Assembly: GCA_965140585.1 (NCBI GenBank) | Contig: OZ223264.1 | Span: 224,001 to 288,000, forward strand | Reading direction: 5' to 3' | From: Spirochaetia bacterium | GTDB lineage: Bacteria > Spirochaetota > Spirochaetia > UBA9216 | DNA: 64,000 nucleotides | Shown here: positions 27,602 to 34,896 of the stretch, piece by piece | Position numbering within the stretch: position 1 is the first letter of the stretch | Layout: each line of letters begins with the position of its first letter | Notes under the pieces: generated by a model | Told to the model about the DNA's origin: nothing | Database searches by the model: none | The model's input: the letters and a program-made list of their open reading frames with translations, nothing else | Position numbers and translations under genes: made by a program

Positions 27602-28893
27602 AGTTTAGCTCCGTACATGATTGAATCTAGTTCATATTGCTTTTCTTCAGACAATGGGATTTCTCCTCTTTTCCTTAGGTTTGTTGCGCTTATTGTTGAC
27701 TCTACATATTCCTTGCTCTGTTCAAACATTTTACATGCCTCTGGGTTAATTTCTAATCCTGAGACAGCCTCGTTAGAAACAAGTGATAATGCAATGCCCA
27801 ATGCTTCCATATTTTCTTCTGTGTCTATGATGTGAAGTTGAGAATACCCGTGAGGAAGTGGCTCTAAATAGCCAACTCGGCATTGCACTAGGTTTTTATA
27901 TTGTTGAGTAGCCTCAGTTGTGCTACTTATTGTCTTTCTATCTCGTAAAGCTCTAATAATCGCTGCCGGTTGTCTTATCCTATGTGCCTTCGGTAAGAAT
28001 TGCCCTTGTCGAACAGAAGAAACAATTGCCATTGCTCGTTCATATATTTCACGTTTTGTTGGCGGTAGGTGTTTTGATGAAGGCGCTGGGGTAAACAGGA
28101 AGTAGTTTTTACCACTATGATCAGTTTCAATAGAGGGTGGTTTCACTATGCCAAATTGTGATAGGTTTAATAATAATTTGAGTTCATCATCTGTGATGTG
28201 GTGTCCGTTTATTTCTTTAGTTTCTTCGACTATTGATAAAGGTATACCCTGAACTGTTTTAATTAGACTTAAAATATTGCTGACAGATTTAGAGCCACTA
28301 CTAGCAACTGCATCTGTAAATATATCAATGTTCTCAGAGAAATAGTGTGGACTGAGTAATATATCTTTTCCTCGGGCTCGGCGATTAATTATAAAGTTTC
28401 CTTTTGTCCCAATATCTACTGCTCTATCAAAGAGAACTTTTTCAGGGCTAAGCTTCTGAAATAGAGAATCACGATTTTCTGGAGATTGAGCAAGGCGTTT
28501 CACCATCTCAATACATAACTGTTCTGATTCGTTAAATGACCCTTCAGACATAGAATAATCACCGATTACATGGTATAGATCTTCATAATAAGGAACATTA
28601 GGTAAAATCCCCTTAATAGTTCTTCCTTCTTGCCTGATCTTTACAAATTCAATATCACCTAAAATTTCTACTATCCCCTTAATCGATGTTGTTGGTATTG
28701 ATAAATAGTGATTTGATACCATTTTCAGAATTTCAAAGTCAATAAAAGGAAGACCTCTGATATGTAATGCTAATCGTACTGCCATGCCTATTTCAACTAA
28801 AAATCCGAACTCTGGAACATCAATTGCTCCTAAATTTAATTGAATTTCATGGCATCTTGCAGCTATTTCAGATGATTCACCTTTTGAACTCAT
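27598..28893 (-). CDS. Uncharacterised 431-aa protein, possibly tandem winged-helix (candidate defence sensor)
   Basis: AGGAGG SD; 4-nt overlap with the nuclease gene; repeated wHTH-like segments (ILGDIEFVKI, LSQFGIVK, LVQCRVGYL). Confidence 0.6.
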   Translation of the reverse strand: MSSKGESSEIAARCHEIQLNLGAIDVPEFGFLVEIGMAVRLALHIRGLPFIDFEILKMVSNHYLSIPTTSIKGIVEILGDIEFVKIRQEGRTIKGILPNVPYYEDLYHVIGDYSMSEGSFNESEQLCIEMVKRLAQSPENRDSLFQKLSPEKVLFDRAVDIGTKGNFIINRRARGKDILLSPHYFSENIDIFTDAVASSGSKSVSNILSLIKTVQGIPLSIVEETKEINGHHITDDELKLLLNLSQFGIVKPPSIETDHSGKNYFLFTPAPSSKHLPPTKREIYERAMAIVSSVRQGQFLPKAHRIRQPAAIIRALRDRKTISSTTEATQQYKNLVQCRVGYLEPLPHGYSQLHIIDTEENMEALGIALSLVSNEAVSGLEINPEACKMFEQSKEYVESTISATNLRKRGEIPLSEEKQYELDSIMYGAKL

Positions 28894-29023
28894 TTTTAAA
28901 TCCTCCTATAAGGACCAATGTATAAATCTAAGAGTTATATGATAATGCTTCTAGACTAAGTATTCAAATATAAATTTTATTCTTTGAAAAAGAATTAAAC
29001 TTCATTCAAAAAAAGTATAATGT

Positions 29024-29115
29024 ATTAAACCTTAGGTAACCCGGAATAACGTGAATTGGGACAGGTGACTCAGTTGAAAATGTTGATGTGCAGTAATCGA
29101 GTTTGTGATATTGTT
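29024..29115 (+). repeat. 92-bp direct repeat, copy 1 (carries a putative promoter)
   Basis: Matches 29595-29686; last 65 bp identical; TTGATG...TGTGATATT. Confidence 0.9.
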
Positions 29116-29121
29116 TTCGTT

Positions 29122-29517
29122 ATGCAAAAAGTGTTAAAGAGGTTAATCCCTTTACTTATAATGCTAATCTTCTTATTTGTTGGATGTGAAAAAGTTGAAC
29201 ATTTTGAAATTTCTGATGTGATTATCTTAACGACATCTGATAATGCACCAATAATGTTTAATTATATAATAGATTATAAAGTTTATGGGTATAACGAGCG
29301 TGAGAGAATTAATAAGCTTGAATGGAAAATTGAATCACTAATTATTCCCGAATTTGTTGATTTTATAAATGAGCAAGTATCGGGATTTTCTAAATCTGAA
29401 ATGATTACTAGTAATAAGATCCTGAATGGCATGAATACAAAAGTTGAAAGTCATTTAAATAAAATAGCGTCTGAATATCATTTCAGGGTTAAAAAAGTTA
29501 CTATAACTGTAAAGTAA
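29122..29517 (+). CDS. Lipoprotein, possibly leaderless
   Basis: MQKVLKRLIPLLIMLIFLFVGC lipobox; ATG 9 nt after the putative -10. Confidence 0.7.
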   Translation: MQKVLKRLIPLLIMLIFLFVGCEKVEHFEISDVIILTTSDNAPIMFNYIIDYKVYGYNERERINKLEWKIESLIIPEFVDFINEQVSGFSKSEMITSNKILNGMNTKVESHLNKIASEYHFRVKKVTITVK

Positions 29518-29594
29518 AAAATTTATTGAATTCTGTTTTAATTTGATATAGGGAAACAATTTATACGTGCTCATAAATTTCGTCCCCTAACCGG

Positions 29595-29686
29595 ATTAAA
29601 CCTTAGGCAACCTGGAACTGTGTGAATTGGGACAGGTGACTCAGTTGAAAATGTTGATGTGCAGTAATCGAGTTTGTGATATTGTT
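29595..29686 (+). repeat. 92-bp direct repeat, copy 2
   Basis: Matches 29024-29115. Confidence 0.9.
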
Positions 29687-29865
29687 GATTGATAGAGGAT
29701 TGAAAGTGTTAAAAAGAGGTTTCGTATTTTTAATCTGTTATTATATTAATAAACTCCATAATTTTGTTTTTAGGATTAATGGAGATGAATTAGAAGTAAT
29801 ATCCCCAACTATGATAATGTTACGATTTAAAAATTTAAGAATGATAGAAAGTGAAGAGGACGTAG

Positions 29866-30627
29866 ATGCAACTGAGTCAATCTCAAGGGCAATATTACTA
29901 CAATGCCAGATGGTATGACCCAAGCATAGGCCGAATCACCACCGAAGACCCCATGCGTGACGGCCTAAACTGGTACGCTTATGCTAATAATAATCCGTTG
30001 AAGTTTGTTGACCCGAGCGGGTTGGCTAACTTGACATCATATACACCTGATAATCCCTATTACTATTATAGCTCCTCAAAAGTGACTGATACGGTTATTA
30101 AATCATTATCGCTTATTCCTTATATAGGTGTAGGTGCAGGAATTGCAGAGTCCATCTCAAACAAATTTGGTTTATTTGAGATTATTGATTTAAATAAACA
30201 AAGCCAAATTGATAAAGCCTCTGGAGGATTATCGTCTGCTGGAACTGTAGCAGGAATTATGAATAAATTGGGGGAAGGTTTTTTTAGTAATGGTTTTTCA
30301 AAAGTTTTAGGCGTTTTATCCACAATCGGAACAATAGTGGGACTTGCAGATTATGCTAATAGTTTCTTATCAGAACCCTCATTAGAAACGGAGAAAGCAG
30401 TAGATGCCTCAGGGGTCGTTCAGGGGAAACATTTAGACACATTAATCCCATTTGCAAAAGAAGTAGAAGAATTAATGTCTGGATATTTAGATAGTGGCGA
30501 TGTTGAAATAATTGAACGAGATGATGGTACTGACACATTGCAATGGAATTCGCAGGCATCTAAAGATGCATTCAATTCAGTTGTAGAAGATTATCAACGA
30601 AATGAAGTGGAAAGAACCGATGAATAA
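29866..30627 (+). CDS. Orphan Rhs core remnant + C-terminal toxin domain (hydrophobic, possibly pore-forming)
   Basis: YYYNARWYDPSIGRITTEDP..DGLNWYAYANNNPLKFVDPSG Rhs core end, then a Gly-rich amphipathic CT. Confidence 0.88.
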   Translation: MQLSQSQGQYYYNARWYDPSIGRITTEDPMRDGLNWYAYANNNPLKFVDPSGLANLTSYTPDNPYYYYSSSKVTDTVIKSLSLIPYIGVGAGIAESISNKFGLFEIIDLNKQSQIDKASGGLSSAGTVAGIMNKLGEGFFSNGFSKVLGVLSTIGTIVGLADYANSFLSEPSLETEKAVDASGVVQGKHLDTLIPFAKEVEELMSGYLDSGDVEIIERDDGTDTLQWNSQASKDAFNSVVEDYQRNEVERTDE

Positions 30628-30793
30628 TATAATTATTCTATTTACAGTATTAGCTGTATTATTCTCTAATTTTAGTATTTGGTTATATTCGAAACAAGCA
30701 AAATTTTCGAAGATTATTAAGATTATTTTGTTTATAGTAGCAGATGGTATTTGGGCTACTTTGTTTGTAATAAAGATAATAGAAATTTTATAA
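30620..30793 (+). CDS. Small two-TM protein, putative immunity protein
   Basis: Overlaps the toxin stop; MNNIIILFTVLAVLF...IILFIVADGIWATLFVI. Confidence 0.6.
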   Translation: MNNIIILFTVLAVLFSNFSIWLYSKQAKFSKIIKIILFIVADGIWATLFVIKIIEIL

Positions 30794-30838
30794 TTCTATA
30801 TAAAGACGTTTTAAACAATTATATATGATTCCATTGGA

Positions 30839-31040
30839 AGTAGTCCCGGAGAACCCGGACTACTCAACAGAGTCTATTCCGATAAATAGAGTTTGTTCGA
30901 AATTTCGGAAATGATTCATCGTCCTACCAATTTCGTCTAACGCGCGTTAGACGAACCCTTTAGGGCGGTGAGGGGAACTGCAGAAGCTCCGCTTCCGTCG
31001 GCAGATTTTGTAACAACGGGCTGTTGTACGAAGTCTGCCG
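30839..31040. repeat. Cluster of hairpins including two attC-like inverted repeats
   Basis: Perfect 24-bp palindrome ttcgtctaacgcgcgttagacgaa (30932-30955); cggcagattttgtaacaac..gttgtacgaagtctgccg (30999-31040); agtagtcc..ggactact (30839-30864). Confidence 0.7.
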
Positions 31041-31167
31041 GTTAACTATATAAACCACCTTACAGTTTTAAGAATATTACACAATCCATTCCCCTCTAAC
31101 GGATTAAACTTCAGACAAACAATAGTGTACTGAAATACCCATATATAATATTATGAAATAAGAGTTC

Positions 31168-31185
31168 CAATTAATGTATTAATTG
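31168..31185. other. Candidate prophage attachment junction (serine-integrase style)
   Basis: CAATTAAT-GT-ATTAATTG at the composition boundary, where ssb-like sequence begins. Confidence 0.6.
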
Positions 31186-31598
31186 AGGGAAACCTGGTCA
31201 GAGATCCGGTTTTAAATGAAACCCCAAAGGGGACTAAAATATGCAATTTCACAATTGCAACCAACAGATACTTTAAGCAGGATGAGGAATATCAAAAAGA
31301 AGTTTCCTTCATCGATGTGGAAGCCTGGTCCAGACTTGGGGTTGTTTGTGATAATGGACTTCAAAAGGGACAGGGGGCCAGAGTTGTAGGTCGTCTGAAA
31401 CAGGACAGGTGGAATGATAAGGAGGGCGCTTTTAAATCAAGACTGAAGATTGTTGCTGAACATGTGGAATTTAAGCCTGTATTCTCGAAGGAAGAGGCCC
31501 AGGCTCGTCAGGAGGCTGAGCAGGTAGATCTATCCCAGGAGGCCGTTGCGAATGTCGTAACGCCGGAACTGGACCCTGTCGCGGATTCAGTGATTTAA
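31170..31598 (+). CDS. ssb: Single-stranded DNA-binding protein lacking its native start codon (5' end interrupted)
   Basis: NVLIEGNLVRDP..TPKGTKICNFTIATNR..EVSFIDVEAW..VVGRLKQDRW..IVAEHVEF; in-frame TAA at 31146 with no ATG/GTG/TTG before the OB fold (ATT at 31170 possible). Confidence 0.9.
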   Translation: MNVLIEGNLVRDPVLNETPKGTKICNFTIATNRYFKQDEEYQKEVSFIDVEAWSRLGVVCDNGLQKGQGARVVGRLKQDRWNDKEGAFKSRLKIVAEHVEFKPVFSKEEAQARQEAEQVDLSQEAVANVVTPELDPVADSVI

Positions 31599-31618
31599 AT
31601 ATTTTAATATGTGATGCG

Positions 31619-31660
31619 GCGGAAGCCCGGAATATCCCGGCTTCCGCTTACCCTTTTTTT
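31619..31660 (+). terminator. Rho-independent terminator
   Basis: gcggaagcc...ggcttccgc followed by a T tract. Confidence 0.7.
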
Positions 31661-31707
31661 CAAAAATACCGGTGGAAATATAGGCTTCAGCAGGGCATAA
31701 TCAGTTT

Positions 31708-32652
31708 ATGATGCGTGAAGATTTGCAGGAAATAATGAATAAAGTTGATCTGTTTTATAAAAACGGCAGGAGCCGTGATGCTGAACCGCTTCTGCAAAAA
31801 AGTGCAGAGGATTTTGAACAAAAGTATGGCAGGAATGAAGGCTATGCTGCTATAGTGAGCGAACTTGGAGCCCTGTACAGGGAATTAAGTGATTACAGCA
31901 GGGCGGAATACTGTTTTTCAGAGGCCGGAGAAACGTTGAAAAGCTGTGCGGGTGAAAATAATCTGGAATATGCCACTATTATTAATAATACTGCCGGGCT
32001 TTACCGGCTCATGGGGAGACATGATGAAGCTGAAGATCTTTTCCGGCAGACTATCAGTCTGTATGAGAAAACAATAGGCCGGGATCATTACCTGTATGCC
32101 AGCAGTCTTAATAATCTTGGCCTTCTGTACCAAGATATGAAACGTTTTGATGAGGCTGTGATTCTGCATGAGGAAGCTCTTGAGATAATCAGGAGGCATG
32201 AGGAACACAGAATTGCGTATGCAACAAGTCTTAACAACCTGTCCGGTGTGTACAGGCAGCTGAACAGACTTAAAGAGGCTGAAACTTCTGTTGTCGAAGC
32301 ATTGCAGTGCTGCCGCAGTATTCTTGGTCCGGAACATCCGCTATATGCTGCAGGTCTTAATACTTATGCCGCCCTTTATTTTGAATTAAATAATTTTAAA
32401 AAGGCGGAAGAGTGCTACATAGAGGCTGCAGGAATCTGCCGCAGACATTACGGAAAAGAGCAGTATGAATATCTTTCAGTTGTAGAAAACCTGTGCAGGC
32501 TGTATGAGAGAACCGGAGATGATGAGAAAGCTCTGCCTTTGCTGCAGGAGCTTGTTTCCGGGTATGGAAAGATATTAGGTGGGGAACACAGGAAAACCCG
32601 GGCTGCTGCTGCAGCTCTGGCAGCGCTTGAAAAAGAGTCTGAAACAAAATAA
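31708..32652 (+). CDS. Tetratricopeptide repeat protein (42-aa TPR type)
   Basis: Repeated YA.SLNNL..LY...G....A. Confidence 0.92.
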   Translation: MMREDLQEIMNKVDLFYKNGRSRDAEPLLQKSAEDFEQKYGRNEGYAAIVSELGALYRELSDYSRAEYCFSEAGETLKSCAGENNLEYATIINNTAGLYRLMGRHDEAEDLFRQTISLYEKTIGRDHYLYASSLNNLGLLYQDMKRFDEAVILHEEALEIIRRHEEHRIAYATSLNNLSGVYRQLNRLKEAETSVVEALQCCRSILGPEHPLYAAGLNTYAALYFELNNFKKAEECYIEAAGICRRHYGKEQYEYLSVVENLCRLYERTGDDEKALPLLQELVSGYGKILGGEHRKTRAAAAALAALEKESETK

Positions 32653-32657
32653 TCCTG

Positions 32658-32702
32658 CGGGGAAAAACTCCCCGAAAAACTACAGCGGGGAAATTTTCCC
32701 CA
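32658..32702. promoter_or_regulatory. Tandem palindromic enhancer (UAS) sites for the NtrC-family regulator
   Basis: cggggaaaaactccccg (32658-32674) and cggggaaattttcccca (32686-32702), ~120-165 bp upstream of a sigma54 promoter. Confidence 0.7.
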
Positions 32703-32821
32703 TGTTTGAACTCCAGCTTTATAAAATTGTTATCAAATCTCATGAAATTAAGGTGTTTTAGAGCAAAAATTCCCTTTTTTTGCTGAAATCATTTAATTAA
32801 ACAGTCTATATAATTTTTTTC

Positions 32822-32838
32822 TTGGCACGCTAATAGCT
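32822..32838 (+). promoter_or_regulatory. Sigma54 -24/-12 promoter
   Basis: TTGGCACGCTAATAGCT with GG-N10-GC spacing. Confidence 0.85.
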
Positions 32839-32872
32839 TTAATGCATATAACCAAGATTAAAGGAGTATGCT

Positions 32873-33472
32873 ATGAAAAAGGCATTAGTGGTTTTAATTA
32901 TGTTAAGTGTGGCTGCAGGTGTTTTTGCAACCGGAGCACAGGAGGCTGATGAGGATGGAATTGTCAGACTCGACCCCAGGGATGTCGCCAGAAACAGTGT
33001 GCTGGACGACTATGAAAAAGTTTCAGTAAAGGGCACAATAAAGTTTGAGAGTGTGGTGCCTGAACTGTCTGCCGGGGGAAAGGAATATGCTCTTACCGCA
33101 CCCGGAGCGAATATGCTTGCATCTTATCTTACAGAAGGTCAGAAGGTAACAGTCAACGGTTATATTGTTGATGAAGATTCCTTTTACGGTCCGCGCGGGA
33201 TGGGGCCTGGAATGATGAATTTTTTAAACCCGGAAGCTTTGAACAACGACATAACACTGTTGGTTGAGTCTGTCGAGATTGATGGACAGCTTTACATGCT
33301 GCCATGGGTTGAAGATGGTTTCGGAACAATGATGCAGGGAAGAAACTTTTCAGATGATTCCAGATTTGGAAATATGCGCGGCGGAACCAGTTCCAGAGGC
33401 GGTTTCTCAAGAAACAACAGCGGTTCATATAACCGACCGTACATGAACTCTGATTTCTGCCCCGTTTACTGA
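32873..33472 (+). CDS. Exported protein with OB-fold-like core and Gly/Met/Arg-rich segments (accessory to the two-component system)
   Basis: Signal peptide ...GVFA-TGAQE; GMGPGMM; sigma54 promoter upstream. Confidence 0.7.
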   Translation: MKKALVVLIMLSVAAGVFATGAQEADEDGIVRLDPRDVARNSVLDDYEKVSVKGTIKFESVVPELSAGGKEYALTAPGANMLASYLTEGQKVTVNGYIVDEDSFYGPRGMGPGMMNFLNPEALNNDITLLVESVEIDGQLYMLPWVEDGFGTMMQGRNFSDDSRFGNMRGGTSSRGGFSRNNSGSYNRPYMNSDFCPVY

Positions 33473-33489
33473 TTAAATAGGAAAATCTG

Positions 33490-33525
33490 AAGAAAGCCGG
33501 CAATTAGAATTGCTGGCTTTCTTTT
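33490..33525 (+). terminator. Rho-independent terminator
   Basis: aagaaagccggcaatt/aattgctggctttctt + T. Confidence 0.7.
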
Positions 33526-33540
33526 ATCCTTTATAGTATT

Positions 33541-34896
33541 GTGATAATAATGATGAACCGAAAGGGTCTAATTGCCATACCTTTTACCGCGCTTATCCTG
33601 CTTTTTACTGTTCTTATATTTCTTCTTATCGATCAGAAACAGAACAGTAATGCTATTATGCTCGAGTACCGGGCCTCAAGAACAATAAACCTGCTGATTG
33701 ATTTATATTTTCAGGAAGATATGCCCAGTCCGGATGAGATCGACAGTGATATCATCGGTTTTGGATTATATGGAATTGATGGAAAGCTGCTCTACCATTA
33801 TGGAACCGCGCCTCAGGATTTTACAGATCTGAACCGGCATGCCGATGTCTACCTCAAAGATTATCTTCCGGCACCCCAGCTTAGAAATATTGATCTTCAG
33901 GGCGGTAGGGTTCTGTTTAATGGCAATGAAAGTATTGCTGTGATCAGACCCCTGATTGGAGATCAGACAAACATGCCTATGGGTTCGATGATGCAGCAGA
34001 TGCCTCCAGCCATAACTGAGCGTGCCCGTGAGTTTCGCCGTCAGGGCGGTGGCATGCCTCAAATGGGAATGAATTCCCAGTTCAGAACTGCGGGTGCGGG
34101 AGTGTATCTCGAATACCGTAACGGAGCCTATTTAAAGCAGCGGAATCTTAATATAGCAATTGTCTCGTTGTCTCTTGCTGTTTTTGCAGTATCGGTGCTT
34201 TTAATTATTTCGTTATACCTTAAAAATAGAAAACTGGAACTTAAATCGGAAAAGGACCGGCAGCTCATTCAGCTTGGTGAGGCTGCCAGAGTTCTTGCTC
34301 ATGAAATCAGGAATCCGCTGGGAGTACTGAAGATACAGCGGGATCTGCTTGTAAAAAAGCTGGGTGAGGGCTACTCGGGAAATCTCGATGTGATAGACCG
34401 TGAACTGAAGCGGCTTAACACTCTGGTGGAGAAAGTCGGTGACTTTCTGAGAAATCCTGCAGGTACAGGGGCTGATATTGATGTTGGAAGCTATCTGAAC
34501 GGTTTATACGGTGACAGGGACAGCATCAATCTGAATGGAATAAACCCCGGAGAATGTTTTATAAGTTTCGATCCTGAACGCTTAAGAACGGTGTTTGACA
34601 ATGTAATTAACAACGCTGTAGAAAGCGGGGGAACAGCTGAACTTGATATTTTTTCTTCCGCCGATTCCGTTGCTGTTGAAATAAAAGATTACGGACGCGG
34701 ATTTTCTTCTGATAATCTGTCGATGGTTTTTGAACCTTTTTTTACAACCAAGACCAGCGGAATGGGGCTTGGACTTTCTGTTGTTAAGAAGTTTATGGAA
34801 GCTTCAGGAGGCCGGGTTATGATTGGTAATCATGAAGCAGGCGGATATGTGCGGCTTGAATTCCGCAGGGGACATGGTCCGGGGAGTACAGGATGA
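33541..34896 (+). CDS. Sensor histidine kinase
   Basis: Two TMs, LAHEIRNPL, NAVES, DYGRG, FFTTK.SGMGLGL. Confidence 0.95.
   Translation: MIIMMNRKGLIAIPFTALILLFTVLIFLLIDQKQNSNAIMLEYRASRTINLLIDLYFQEDMPSPDEIDSDIIGFGLYGIDGKLLYHYGTAPQDFTDLNRHADVYLKDYLPAPQLRNIDLQGGRVLFNGNESIAVIRPLIGDQTNMPMGSMMQQMPPAITERAREFRRQGGGMPQMGMNSQFRTAGAGVYLEYRNGAYLKQRNLNIAIVSLSLAVFAVSVLLIISLYLKNRKLELKSEKDRQLIQLGEAARVLAHEIRNPLGVLKIQRDLLVKKLGEGYSGNLDVIDRELKRLNTLVEKVGDFLRNPAGTGADIDVGSYLNGLYGDRDSINLNGINPGECFISFDPERLRTVFDNVINNAVESGGTAELDIFSSADSVAVEIKDYGRGFSSDNLSMVFEPFFTTKTSGMGLGLSVVKKFMEASGGRVMIGNHEAGGYVRLEFRRGHGPGSTG

Larger units (their letters stand above)
1..31177 (+). mobile_element. Prophage (HK97-fold siphovirus late genes plus cargo region); left end and integrase lie outside the window
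   Basis: Colinear terS-terL-portal-protease-capsid-neck-tail-lysis genes; AT-rich up to ~31.17 kb, then an abrupt shift to GC-richer housekeeping genes at a 5'-truncated ssb. Confidence 0.93.

Noticed and set aside
29056-29121. ORF-track TTG start for the lipoprotein
   Set aside because: The extension lies in the repeat/promoter; ATG 29122 gives a proper signal peptide
29024-29686. Direct repeats as a CRISPR array
   Set aside because: Only two full copies, 92 bp long, separated by a whole gene; no cas genes in the window
29676-29918. 80-aa ORF after repeat copy 2
   Set aside because: Starts inside the repeat and looks like a decayed gene start; not called as a CDS
30800-31170. tRNA/tmRNA as the integration target
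   Set aside because: No cloverleaf, T-loop or CCA pattern recognised; the junction maps to ssb instead
1-31177. Alternative genetic code in the prophage
   Set aside because: Core genes are full-length in the standard code and TAA, TAG and TGA all serve as stops; the breaks seen are frameshifts
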